Part shown: positions 15,917-28,541 of the stretch, one piece after another
Position numbering within the stretch: the stretch's first letter is position 1
Layout of the letters: each line of letters begins with the position of its first letter
Source of the DNA: Octopus vulgaris
Taxonomy: Eukaryota
DNA length: 64,000 nucleotides
NCBI GenBank assembly: GCA_951406725.2
Contig: OX597824.1
Span: forward strand, 55,242,001-55,306,000
Reading direction: 5' to 3'
Made by a program: the position numbers and the translations under genes
The notes under the pieces: generated by a model
What the model was told of the DNA's origin: nothing
The model's input: only the letters and a program-made list of their open reading frames with translations
The model's database searches: none

Positions 15917-16264
15917 AATATTAATAGTAATTTTTATTAACTTTTATAGCTTTAGAATTTTATGAACTGTAACATGGTTTTAATTATTATTTTTCATCTC
16001 CATATGTGTTAGCTTTTTTTTTATAAAAAAAACTATTAGCCAAATATGTATAATATCGGTACTTATTAATATTAATATATACACTGTTATATATTTTGTT
16101 TTATTTTGTTCTGTTTACCTTCCTTTTTTGTACAAATGTGTATTATATTATACAAGTGTAGCATTATGATGTATAAGTTTTTATATTTTACATTTTTATA
16201 TTTTTATATTTATATGTATATGATTATATAATATTTTTCACTATTATAACAAATTTAATTTAAT

Positions 16265-16374
16265 TCTCTGAAGAGGCCGTGGGGCATCCTTGTTAATGCC
16301 TCATTTATACCTGCCTTTATGGCTTATAGGTTAAATGAGGTATGACTGCCCTCACTGCCGAAAGAGCTGTCAGT
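16265..16374 (+). ncRNA. Type I HHR motif in right PLE terminal repeat
   Basis: tct-CTGAAGA-ggccgtggg...ctcactgcc-GAAA-gAGCTG-TC-ag. Confidence 0.65.
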
Positions 16375-16559
16375 TTTGATTTATTTGCATATTATATTTG
16401 AAATTTTTTACTTATATCTCTTTATCTTTTTACTATTACTGTATATCTCATTTCATTTTATATATTGCCTTTACTCATATGTAATGGTGTATTAAAGTAT
16501 GGATTGAGTATCATCGGATAGTTGATGTTTTACTGATTTAAGTATGTTTCTCCATTCTC

Positions 16560-19500
16560 TAATTTTGTAAGCACGTGGTTGAATATATAGAAAATAGTAA
16601 AAAGTGAAAAAACTACAGAAGGCTTAAAGGTTAAAAATATATATATATTTGCGTCAATATGTCTGAAGAATATTAAAAATTTTTTTCTTACAATGACATA
16701 GTTTAGAAGAAAGACCAGTTTCGCGTTTAGCTTTTCAAATTTTTTGCGACGTTATGTTTATCTTGAACAGAGTTATCTTTATGTTTATGTTTAAAAGAGT
16801 TCTAAATAAGGGGAGGTAATGAGTGATTTCTTCCGGTGTAAGGGAGATAATCGGTTAAAATTAAAAAAAAAATTTTTTTCCTTTCCCTTGGTGTGAATTT
16901 CTCTGTATCTGTATGTTGGCATGGTTAAGTCTGGGTTTGTACTTTTCAATGAAGAATGTTTCCTTGTTTAGTCTAATTTGTGTTGATGATCCGATAGCAC
17001 ATTGGTAAAATGGAAAGATTAAAAATTGTGGTAGTAGTTGTTTTGCTCATTTCTCAATGTGCTCACTAAAAGGTATCATTTTGTATTCTGGGAATGCAAT
17101 CTGTTGTCGATGCAGTGTGCATCTACGTCTGAGTGATAGTCCCGTGGATCCCACGTAGTCTTGGTGGCAGCCCGAGCCTTTTATGACATAATTTATGTTT
17201 TCAGAGGCACAAGTAAAGTTAGATTTGATCTTGAATTTCTGTCCCTCTTTAAAGAGGAATTCTGATCCTTCTAGCAGGTTTGGACATGTTGCACAGTTCG
17301 ATCTACCACATTTTTTTTACTTTTGCATCCGTAATTTCAGAAAACAATTTTGCCTTTGTGAGAATCTTTTTAAGTGATTTAGGTTGTTTGTAGCTTTTAA
17401 TGATTTGGTGTATGTTTAGAATTTCCTTTAATTTGGGGTCCTTATGAAGTATTGGTAAATTCTGGGTGATGATGGTGAAGGCTTCTTTGTTTCTGGGGTT
17501 GTATGTAGATATGTAAGGTAGTATTTTCGGGAAGGTGTGTTGTTGTGTTGAACTTTTCTTAAAGTTTCTATGTTGATTTCTGTTGCACGTCTGATCCCAT
17601 CCTCTATGAGTTGAGCTGGGTAATGTCTGGCAATTAAGGTGTTTTTGAGTTCTTGCAGTCTAAAGTTCCTGGTATTTTGTTCTGACACTATTGTGCATAA
17701 CCTTCTTGCAAGGTTGAAGGGGATGTTTGTTTTAGTGTGTCTTGGGTGGCATGAATTAAAAAGAAGGTATTGTTTGGCGTCTGTGGCTTTGTAAAAAATG
17801 TCTGTTTCTATTTTAAGGTTAATTTTTTTAATTAGTATACCCAAGAACGGGAGCTCCTTTTGGTTGTATTCCATTGTGAACTGTATATTTGGGTTTATGC
17901 TGTTCAATAGGTTTTTAAATTTTAGGAGTTTATCTGTGTTTTCATTCCAGAGTATAAAACAATCGTCTAAGAATCGTTTCCAATTCTCTTTTATGTATTG
18001 AGAAAGGGGGTTTCCAAAGATTGATAAAGATTCCTGGTAAATGATTATTTCCATGTAGCCCATTGTTAGGTTCGCAATGACTGGTGCTGCCCTTGTACCC
18101 ATAGCAATTCCGGATTTTTTACGGTAAAATGTATTGTCAAACATGAAGTGGTTATTATGTAGGATGAATTCAATTGATTTAGTAATGAATTCTTTACTGA
18201 TCCTTTTTGGTATTTCTTCCAGAAATTGGTCCAGCCAGAACTGTATTGCCTCTAGTCCATAATTATGAGGTATACTGGTATACAAGTTAACTACATCAAA
18301 TGAAACCAGGATTGTTTCTTCCTTGGCTTTTTTGGGGAGGTGGTTTAACATATCTAAGTCATCTCTGATATGGCTATCGATATGTTTAAGGAAGGGTTTC
18401 AGGAGGATGTCCATAAATAGACTTAGTCTGTGTGTTTCACAAGTTGGGCCAGCTACAATGGGTCGTAGTTTTAGGTCCCCCGGGTTAGGTGTGTGTATGT
18501 ATGTCTTTGGTGATTTTTTAATGGTTTCATTTATAATTTGGCTTTTATGGATTTTTGGTAGGGGAATGAAAAGGCTAGGTTTTATGGATTTTTGGTAGGG
18601 GAATGAAAAGGCTAGGTTTGCATTTAAAGTTTGTTAGAAAGTCAATCTCTTTGGTTGTTAGTTCCTTTTCATGGGTTTTAATTAGTGAAGATAGAGTTTT
18701 CATTATTTTTTGTGGGGTGTAGTTGGTAATTTTTTCATAATGTAGGTCGTCATCAAGCAAGGAAATTACAAGATTTCTATAGTATGATGTATCCATTATT
18801 ACAACTGCATTTCCCTTGTCTGCTTCCTTAATGGTTATATCCTCATCATTTTGAAGTTCTATCAGTTCCTTCCATTGTGTAGTGTTAAAGTTTGAGTTAA
18901 CTTTCTGTTTATGTATAGTATGGTAGGGAAAGTTCTCAATGTGGTTACAGAATTCATCAAGATCTTTATTTCTTCCTCTGTGTGGGATGTGTTCACTTTT
19001 GTTTTTGACTAGTGATTCATCTTCAGTATTGAAACTGGTTGATGCTTCTGATAGTCTTAATTTTCTGCAAAATTCTGTTATATTATCCTTGATTTCATTT
19101 AGGTTGGCTCTGCGTGGAGTTGGTGTAAATTTGAGCCCTTTTGAGAGGATGTCAATTTTTATGTTAGAAAGAGGTTTGGTTGAGAGATTGATTATCTTCG
19201 GTTTTTCCTTATTACTAGGTTCCAGCCTGTGTCCTGATGTCTCTGGTCCCTGGCTAAAAAATGTTGTGTGTAATTTTGTTTGTATGAGTTGTCTGTGAGG
19301 TTGTGTGATATTGGGTCGGGGGAATGGTGGTATTGTTGCCCCCGATCGTTGTGTGTGTGTGGGAATCTATGGTTGTTTTTGTTTGTGGTGTGTGTAAAAT
19401 TTCTGTATGTGAAATATTTTTGTTTCGAACAGCTTGTATGTGGGATGTTGCTTGACATAGTGTTGTTTTGCGTTTGTCTTGTGTTTAGTGGGGACCAGTA

Positions 19501-20000
19501 ATTTTGGTTCATGGGGTAGTAGCGACTTGTGTGTGGTGTATTTCTTATTCTAGTGTCGTTTTGTGTTGTATGGTGGTGGTTGGGTCTGGTATTAGGATGT
19601 TGTTGGTGTGTTCTGTTTTTGTTGTAATTTATTTCATAGACGCGTTGTCTGTCAGCTAGTTCCCTGTTAGGTCTTGCGTGGTTTGCAAAGGTTGGTTGTG
19701 GGTGATTTCTGTTTTTAGTGTATGGAGGATAGTTGGGGGTTGTTCGTGGGTTGTTTGGTTTTTCTTTTTTATTTTTTGTAATTTTCTTAAGGAAGGGATT
19801 ATTTGTACCCAATTCATTTTTGAAAGTTGAACTATATTTTTGGAAGCAATCGATGTTTTTCTCCCAGCGCAGGAGAGAATTTCTCTCTTCTTTTTCACAG
19901 GTATCCTTCCAATGATCTAATGTATTTTCGAGGGGTTGTCCCTCGGTATGTTCTTGTATTATATTGTGCATCTCCTTTTAAGCCTTCTGTAGTTTTTTCA
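16560..20000 (-). mobile_element. Penelope-like element, Neptune-like (Cx4Cx2C linker), degenerate
   Basis: KEADKGNAVV, SFDVVNLYTSIP, GIAMGTRAAP, KRFLDDCF, LPFLGI, SCHPRH; linker CGRSNCATC (~17290); GIY-YIG INYVI..DYVGST...R (~17100-17200). Confidence 0.9.
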
Positions 20001-20012
20001 CTTTTTACTATT

Positions 20013-20039
<27 letters not shown>

Positions 20040-20054
<15 letters not shown>

Positions 20055-21180
20055 CTCTGTACACTCACATACATGTTTGCACACTCACATACAGCATCCA
20101 TACACTCAAGTACACACACGCCTATATACCCAATCAATTATAATACCTATTACATTGTTATATTAACCCATACATGGGTACATACATATGCCAGTTTCAT
20201 CAATTGGTCCCCCATGCATAACATCAATATTAATAGCATGTAGATAAGTGCTAACTGCAAAACGAAGATCAAGCAAATATATAACTAAAAGAGGGTGTAG
20301 GGTGTAAAGTTAGTATTAAAATGTTAAATAATTATTTCGTTTTGCAGGGAGGAGCTTAGTGAAATGGGTAAATCTAATAAGGGGTCTCCATTAAATAGTA
20401 GACTAATGCTGACTTAAAGTGGTCTAGAATAAACTGAAGTGAAACAAACCAACAATGAGTATGGAATGGTAAAGTATGTTACAAAATACAGACAAATTCA
20501 TTCATGGTGGAGGATCAAGATACTATTAAGGGTGTGGTATGGTAGGGGAATGAATACTTGTGCACTCTATAGTCTAAATTTATGTTAAGAGTTAAGAGAA
20601 CTGGCATTATATGGTTATAAGAGAGTGTAAAGGTTGTTTTGAGGAGGAGTAAAATGATGCAATATAATATAATTTAGTTATTATGTCTTTAAACTTGGAT
20701 GGGTTTAGTGTAAGGATATTAATGTGGGGTTATCTAAACAGGGCCTAGGTTAGTAAATCTATTAACCAAACTATATTGCAAGGTAGCTTATGCCAACATT
20801 TAGAATCAAATTCTACTATTTCTATGGTGAAGAACTATGGGTGTCATTAATCGAGACAATGCATATTAGATGCCTGAAATCATTTGTATCTAGAGGAAGC
20901 AAATTTATCCTTGTGTGGGCAGGCATATTTTGCCCTTCTCTTGAGTTAAGTAGTGGAAATCTAGCCTTTAATATGAAAAATCTTTCATTGATGCACGAGA
21001 GGCATTTCTTCTTTTTTACATTCTATGGTGGCAAGGAATTGCCATTCTAAATCAAAACTAATATCTTTATCTTTAAGCTCCTGAATATATTTACTTAATC
21101 TGGTCGAGCTAATCTTATTTCTATTTCTGAAAGTGTGTAGGTGTGGGGCTAATCTTCGCTTCATTTCATTTTGGGTAGTC
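20040..21180 (-). mobile_element. PLE 3' fragment (GIY-YIG C-terminus plus downstream region)
   Basis: Minus strand ~20900-21050 translates WQFLATIECKKKKCLSCINERFFILKA, like KKCSLCINEIFFIIKA of the 13394 ORF. Confidence 0.55.
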
Positions 21181-21186
21181 CCTATA

Positions 21187-21812
21187 TCATCATCATCATT
21201 TAACGTCCGTTTTCTATGCTAGTATGGGTTGGACGGTTTGACTGGGGTCTGGGAAGCCAGGAGGCTGTACCAGGCTCCTGTCTGATCTGGCAGTGTTTCT
21301 ACAGCTGGATGCCCTTCCTAACGCCAACCACTCCGTGAGTGTAGTGGGTGTTTTTTTATGTGTCACTAATACAGGGGCCAGAGGAGGCTGGCAAACAGCC
21401 ATGATCAGTTGGTGCTTTTTACGTGTCACTGACATGGACGCCAGTCAGGTGGCACTGGCATCAGCCATGTTCGGATGGTGCTTTTTACGTACCACTGGCA
21501 CGGTTATCATAAGTACAATTTCCATTTGAATTTTATTTTGATGTTGGTGTTGATGTACTCAATAGGTTTCCTCAAGCACAATGAGTCACTCTACAATCCA
21601 AGGTTAGCACAGCTGGCCATCCTGCAAGCCATGAATTCACTTCATTTGTCAGGTCTTTGCAGTTACAACATATCTCAGAGGTCTCGGTCTTTCGTCATTT
21701 CCACTGTGAGGCCTAACGTGCCACCGGCATGGGTATCACAACTACAATATCCATTTGAAGTTTTGATGTTGATGTACTTAACTCAATAGGTCTCCTCAAG
21801 CACAGCAGGTTA
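21187..21812 (-). mobile_element. RTE 3' end/SINE-like repeat with (GAT)n tail
   Basis: Reverse complement of the family terminal motif; related to 43478-44003. Confidence 0.75.
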
Positions 21813-21825
21813 CAGTCTGACACTA

Positions 21826-21866
<41 letters not shown>

Positions 21867-21870
<4 letters not shown>

Positions 21871-22012
21871 AATTGCAGCGTGGAAGGTGTTTGTAAGCCA
21901 TTTAAGAAACACACAAAAGCCGTTCGATTCACTTCAACATGTTGAAGTGAATCGAACGGCTTTTGTGTGTTTCTTAAATGGCTTACAAACACCTTCCACG
22001 CTGCAATTGTTT
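21867..22012. repeat. 146-bp perfect palindrome with no spacer
   Basis: Centre ttcaaca|tgttgaa at 21939/21940; the arms read as exact reverse complements. Confidence 0.9.
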
Positions 22013-22065
22013 TCGTTTCAGCACACGATCTCAGATCAAATCACTTGCTATGTGAGTACATCTCC

Positions 22066-22096
<31 letters not shown>

Positions 22097-22101
<5 letters not shown>

Positions 22102-22510
22102 TAACAGAATGAAATAAAAACCCAAGGCTGTGAAAGATTTCAGAACATTTATAAAGAGAAGGTCTTTCAGCTGTTTCCGGAATATTTTATACATCCCTTC
22201 ATCGGAGAAGGTGTGAGAAAATGGTTAAGCAATAGTTAGAGAAGATATGAAATATAGAGTGAAGTAGAGGAATGAAAACAGACGTGAGATATGCAGGGAT
22301 ATTGTATTTTCAGTTCCAACATGTTTTCATTCCTCCACCTCACTCTCTATTTCATATCTTCTCTAGAATAACTATTACTTTTCTCGCACCATCTCTGATG
22401 AAGAGATATATAAAATATTCCGGAAACAACTGTAAGACCTTCTCTTTATAAATGTTCTGAATTCTTTCACAGCCTTGGATTTTTATCTCATTCTGTTAAT
22501 TTTTTTATAT
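22097..22510. repeat. Diverged foldback with an HHR motif in each arm (22392-22437 +, 22163-22208 -)
   Basis: tct-CTGATGA-a-gagatat ataaa atattcc-g-GAAA-CAACTG-TA-aga; the mirror copy has GGGATGT/ATATTCC stem II and CAGCTG stem III. Confidence 0.75.
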
Positions 22511-22654
22511 ATACGCATGCTGATATATGACCAACGTTGGACTCATTTGCATACTCACCAAACCTGGAGCTTAACTATAGTCTGTCCATAGCACTTACTC
22601 AGCATTACCTAACACCTTTGGGTCTTCTTGACACCGTTACCTCTCATAACCTCA

Positions 22655-22704
<50 letters not shown>

Positions 22705-23198
22705 TTACTAGACTATATTCTGACTGTTCACTGGTAAATTACATTTTTTCTTTTGCAAGAGTTATCAAGGACACAATTATTTTTATTTCTGAAGTCACAT
22801 AGGTTGTGTTGTGGAGGATAGTTACTTACTACTGGATTGGTGTATATAGATGAATTATTATGAGATGTCTTATGATTAATAGGGTTATTATAATTGTTAT
22901 CATTACTATGTTTGGAGTGGTTTCTGAGGTTGTTATTTTTATTGTTATTATTATTGATATTGTTATTATTGTTACTTCTATCTAAATAAAAAAGCATGTT
23001 TTATTTAGGGAGGAAATGATGTCAGCTAAGTTATGTGTCAGACCTATCTTTATTGTTTTACTATTAATAATTTCCGAGTACCTGCTGTACAGTCACCGGA
23101 AGTAACTTGCATATATATATATATATATACACCGGAAATACATCTGCCATCACCAGAGAAAACAAAGCAACTACCCCCAGCGACTTGCCTGACCTTTC

Positions 23199-23300
23199 AT
23201 TGGACAAAAGCTACCTACCTGCCATTCTATTGGACACTGGCTAAACATCACTGCTGATATTTTTGTATAAATAGACATCATAAATCGCTGTAAGGCAGTT
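23199..23300 (+). promoter_or_regulatory. Pol II core promoter in LTR: two ATTGG (CCAAT) boxes, TATA box, Inr-like CAGTT
   Basis: TATAAATA at 23266-23273; the A of CAGTT is at 23297, 31 nt downstream of the first T. Confidence 0.55.
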
Positions 23301-23590
23301 GGTCTTTTGGCTTTTTGCTTTGTTAAAATCCACGTAAGTCTTTGTCGGTCTGTTTCTTGAATATTGTTGTATGAATTTGTGTTGAACTTTTGTTAAAAAA
23401 TTGTTTTGTTAAAAAGTGTTATTTTGAACTGTTACTGGTTTTGAACCAGAAAAACATTGTTATTCCCCTCCGTAAGGAGGGGAAAAATGCTGTGCATTGT
23501 AGCACAACAAAACACACAAAAAAACCCCACAATTCTTTAAAAAAAGAACAAAGAAAACATTTTTTCATCTGAAAAAATGTCTGGAAAAAA

Positions 23591-25144
23591 ATGTCTGACG
23601 AAGGTTCGCCTTCAAAAGAAACTGTAGTAGGTTCGCCTACATCAAAAATTGCCAAACATACGTCTGAAATAGATGCAACCAAATTGAAAGTTGCTGAAGG
23701 TTCGCATTCTGATAAAGCTGTAATAACAGCTAAAGTTGCTGAAGGTTCGCCTTCTGATAAAGATGTAATAACAGATAAAGTTGTTGAAGGTTCGCCTTCT
23801 GATGAAGCTGTGAAAGCAGCCAAAGTGATTGAAGGGTCGCCTTCCAAAGGAAAACAAAATGATAAGACTATAACATACAATTTCGCAGCCGCTGCAGGAA
23901 GGAAAACAGAAGAAATTAAGATGGAAGAGATAGACTACGAGAGTTATAAAACCATGTTCACAAGGGAGGGGAACAAAGTAAAAGCAGCCCTCCCACTAGT
24001 AATTAGAGAGGAAACTTTAAAAAGGATTATAATTTACAAGTCATATATAATAAAAGAAAAAAAGATTGAGAAGGTGTCAAAAGAACAAGCAGAGAAGTGT
24101 CTTCAACCAGTATGGAACGACATGGATTATGTAACGTGGGGGAAAAAGTATGCCACTATAGAAGTGTACTTTAGAGACGAGGAAATGGCGAAAAAGCATT
24201 CCTTGACCCCAATCAAAATGAACGAGATAATTCTTCTACCCTCCTATTTGGGGAGAAGAACATCAAAAATAAGGATCGAAGACATACCCCCAAAAATTGA
24301 GGTAAAGTGGTTGCTTCCAGCATTATTAATGGAGCTGGAGAGAAAAATAAGAGTGGTAAATATCACAAAAATAAAAAAAGAGAATTGGAGAGGCCAGACA
24401 CTACATATAATAATACAGGCAGCCCCAGAAACGCTGGAGGAGGTCCCAGAGAGCATCCAATTCGGCGAGAAAATTAACTTGCGGGTGGTGGTGGAGGGGC
24501 GAAAGCCCCAATGCTACGAATGTGGCGAAAAGGGACACATCCGTATGAAAGAAGAAGAAAAAAGAAAGGCAGAAGAAGTGGAGAGATGGAGGAAGAAAAA
24601 CCAAAGGAAGATGAAAATGCCTTCAAGATGGTAAGGCAAAAGAAAACTCCTAAGAGAAAAAATGTTGACACAAACCCACCCAACCCATGCACAAATAAAA
24701 AGAAATCAAACACACAGGGGGGAAAATCTACCCCACCCAACCACGGTTCCCCACAAAAGAGAAAAAAGAGATGACTCCCCAGCCCAACCCGAACCACCCC
24801 CACCCCTCAGTGCCGAGCAATTCCCTCCCCTCCTAAACTCCTCCCCATGTTCCTCCCCATCACCCCCACAAAGCCCCCAAAAAATTGAATTCGAGACAGT
24901 ATTTGTCTCCATAAATACAGAAAACGATAGACTAAAAAAACAAATAGATAAAATCCCAACGGCAAACAAAATTCAGACACACAGGGTACTCCCCCAAAAC
25001 GTTAAGGTGTACAAAATCGACAGGATGAACTTTAATATAATAAGAGAGGAGTACCCGGGGGACATTAATGGTCCGCGACTCGACCTGCATGAGTCATTAT
25101 TTAAAGCGGACTTCCCCCCACGACCACCAGAGAAAAAAAACTGA
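23591..25144 (+). pseudogene. L1/Tx1 ORF1 (N-terminal 15-aa repeats, zinc knuckle), frameshifted
   Basis: Repeats like KVAEGSPSDKAVITA; VEGRKPQCYECGEKGH knuckle lacking its last Cys; Pro-rich C-terminus in other frames. Confidence 0.75.
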
Positions 25145-25155
25145 AAAGGTAAGTA

Positions 25156-28100
25156 ATGTCTCGTATTTATGTAGGGTGTATAAATGTGCGTGGCCTGATG
25201 TCGAACTGGAAGCAAGGGCGCCTCCTAAATGACATCAGGTCACGAGATTTAGATGTTGTTGCCACAGAAACCTGGTTAAAGGGGCCAAGAGATCTGCTCC
25301 CGCTGTTCGACGGTTACGAGAGAATTATCTCTCCGAACCCATCGGCTGGCGGAAGCGGGGTGTTGGTCCTGGGTAAAAAGAACCGGGTTTCTGAGAAAAA
25401 GTTGATTTTTTCAGATCCAGAAGGTAGGCTGGTCGTCGTTGATTCGACGTTCAGTAGTCGTAAGACAATCAGGCTGGTTGCGGTTTACGCACCCAACCAA
25501 AAGGGGCAAAGTGATTATTTTCGGAACCTTGAGAAGTTTCTGAGTACATCGCACCCTTTAGTAATTTTAGGAGACTTCAACACAGTCTGCGATGCGCGGG
25601 TAGACTGCGAAGGCTCGCGTACAGATAGGAAAGGTAATGCTTGCTTCCAGGATCTACTAAGACGTTTTGAGCTGGTAGATCCCTATAGACTGGAACATCC
25701 GAACGCTCCATTGTGGACATGGTCAAGCAGCGACAGATCGTCCAAATCATACATAGACAGGATACTAATTAGAAAGGTAGATAGAAATCTAGCTAAGAGT
25801 CCACAGCTCCACATGGTCAGCTACAGTGACCACAAGATGGTCACCTGTAGGCTAGACATAGATAAGACGAATAGAGGTCCTGGTTACTGGAAACTTAATA
25901 CGTCCCTCTTGGCGATTAAGGAGTACAGTGACAGGATTAGGTTAATGATTCAGAGGGCCTTGACCGCATCCATTATTAACAACAAATGGTGGTATGCCCT
26001 CAAGCGAGCAATCAGATACGAGTCTATTAGGTATAGTATTGATCTTGTAGCTAGAGAGGCTAGAAAGGAATCAACACTAGTTAAGGACCTAGAGGAAGCA
26101 ATGCGAACTGGCACTGCGGCTCAGGTGAAGGTCAAGAGATTGGTTTTAAACCAGCACCTCGAAGCCAAACACATGGGTTGCATTGTCAGAGCTAGACAAC
26201 GTACAATGGGGAGCGAAGGTATCAAGACCGCAGGATGGGCCCGAGTGGTGGAAGCCCAACATGGCAACGATGCTACAATTCGATCTCTGACGAATCAACA
26301 GGGTAAGTTGATAGACGAGCCCGAGGAGATGTGTCAAGCTTTTCAGGACCACTTCGCCCAGCTCTTTGGGGGGAGCGGCGGACCGGATAGAAGGAGGGAC
26401 CTAACGGACCTCCTCGACGGGCTGCTGCGCCTCTCGGAGCGGGACGTGAAGTGTAGTGAGGAGCCGATCACACCTGAGGAGGTAATAGAGGCAATGGCTG
26501 ACTGCGGTGCGGGTAAGGCGCCGGGACTGGATGGTCTGCCCTACGAGCTTTACAAGAGTATGCCGGACTTGTTCGGGGACTTACTGGCGAACGTCTACGC
26601 AAACTGGCAACAGAATGGTTTTATTCCCAGATCTGTGCGCCGGGGAGTGGTGACACTAGTCAGGAAGGACCCGAACAAGGGGGATGTCATTGATAATTTT
26701 AGGCCCATCACTCTGCTTAACGCAGAGCTGAAGATTTTGGCCAAAGTGTTATCGAACAGATTGGCGCGTGTCGCGTGTCGCGATTGGGAAGGCACAAACG
26801 TGTGCCGTACCGGGCAGGTCCTTTCAGGATAATCTCCATCTCATTAGATACACTAGAGAGGGAATTAATAACGATCCCGGCAAGGGAGGGTCAGTGGTCC
26901 ATTCAGACCAATCAAAAGCTTTCGATAGGGTCGACCATCATTACCTGGTGTCCGTTCTGGCTCAGTTCGGCCTGGGTCTTGGCTTCCTCAGGTGGATCAT
27001 TGAAATGTACGACAACGTCGACTCGGTAGTTCGGGTGAACGGCCTTCTTTCTAAGCCATTCAGAGTCAAACGCTCGGTTCGTCAGGGATGCCCACTCTCC
27101 CCGCTTTTGTATGTAGTGGCTCTTGAGCCACTGCTGCGAAAACTGAGTGGCATCCCGAGCAGCCAGGTCGTGAAATGTCGGTTTCGGCGTACGCGGATGA
27201 CATCACTATCATCGTGACCGAAGTGGACCTCCTACGTAAAGTAGGCAAGGCCATAGAGATTTACGAGACGGTGACAGGAGCAAAAGTTAATCGTGAAAAG
27301 TCGGTCGGCTTGAAACTCGGCACCTGGAGAGGCAAGTCGGCTACCTACAGACAGCGTCGTGGGACGTTGGACGGAGGATCCGATTAAGTTGCTCGGGTTT
27401 GGTTTGGACCAGACCTCCAAATAGAGAAGAACTGGAGTCAGGTATCGAGCAGGGTGGCTGCAGTAGCCAAGACCTGGTCTTGGCGGTGGTTATCCCTGAA
27501 AGGTAGGGCGGAGGTAGCCAATGTGTTTATCGCATCGGTGATCACCTACCGCCTTGCCGTCGTGCCTTGCCCGGATTCGTGGTTGACCAAGCTGGAAAGA
27601 CAGCTCTTTCACTTCTTGTGGAAGGGCTCAAAACCACTTGTGAGACGCTCTATTTGTTGTCAAAAACCGTTAAAGGGTGGACTAGGGATGCCGTGGCTAA
27701 TGATGCGCAGAAATGCGCTGAGGTTAAGGCATCTGTGGCTCCATCTGGATGGTGAACGGGTATGGTCTCCGCTGGCGAAACAGATGTTTCCCAAGTTCAC
27801 CAGTTTCGGTGGACGGGAAGCCTGGTATAATCGCAGATCGAAGTTGGGTTCATGGTATACGGAGTGTCGCAAGGCACTCCGACTATTCCGTCGCTCGGGC
27901 AATGCCTGCGGCAATGGTTCTACCGCTGTTTTCTATAGAGGGTTTGTAGAGGCCGGTAGCGATGATACGCTAGGGGAAACCCTATGTTTCGACGATAATC
28001 AGCTGGCCAGTCTGCTCCAACGTACGTTCAGGCCGAGGACCCTGGATAATTTTCAGAAGTCCTTGGCTTGGCAGTGTTACCGAGGAGCCTTACCTGTTCG

Positions 28101-28541
28101 GGACAAACTCGCAAGGCAAGGTGGCCAAGTCAGCCCGACCTGTCCGAGGTGTGGGTGGGACAGGGAAACCGTCTTGCACGTGATCGTACAATGTTCGGAG
28201 GTGGCAGATATGTGGGTTTTTGCCGAACAACTGTTGTCAAGTGGAGGAGGAGTACAGCTATCAGCTGAATCCATTGTAAAAATTAGCCCATGGATTTCTT
28301 AACGAAAGAAGGTAAGAATTGTTTTCTCTCTGTGGTTTCAACTGCGAAACAGGTAGTATGGAAGACAAGGATGAAAGGGATGATAACAGGCGACTTCATC
28401 TCTGGTTCTAGACTGGTGGAATATTTTAAATTCCACCTGAAAAGACAAATAGAACTGGAGAGGAGGGGCCTGAGTAAGAAAGTGTTTGATGAAAGGTGGA
28501 AAAATGTGGTGAATAAAAGGTTCCTCATAAATACGAGATAG
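25156..28541 (+). pseudogene. L1/Tx1 ORF2 (AP endonuclease, RT, C-terminal Cys motif), frameshifted
   Basis: INVRGL, VYAPN, LGDFN, IDRILI, SDH, WKLN, KAPGLDG, FRPITLLN, DQSKAFDRV, VRQGCPLSPLLY, AYADD, CPRCGWDRETVLHVIVQC. Confidence 0.92.

Larger units (their letters stand above)
9841..16520 (+). mobile_element. Penelope-like element (RT + C-terminal GIY-YIG; CxC-x4-C linker, tentatively Nematis-like) with inverted terminal repeats
   Basis: Broken ORF 11257-14119: DKTNN, LKDHKENF, QFDIQNYY, MGSPDSAE, GLYRDG, YLDV, CNCRNKNKC, VVYQC..VYIGAT..R, CSLC. 9841-10880 is an inverted copy of ~15830-16520. Confidence 0.9.

Noticed and set aside
16700-16790. Possible HHR at the 3' end of the Neptune-like PLE (GAAACTGGTC on minus)
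   Set aside because: No recognisable CUGANGA box or stems
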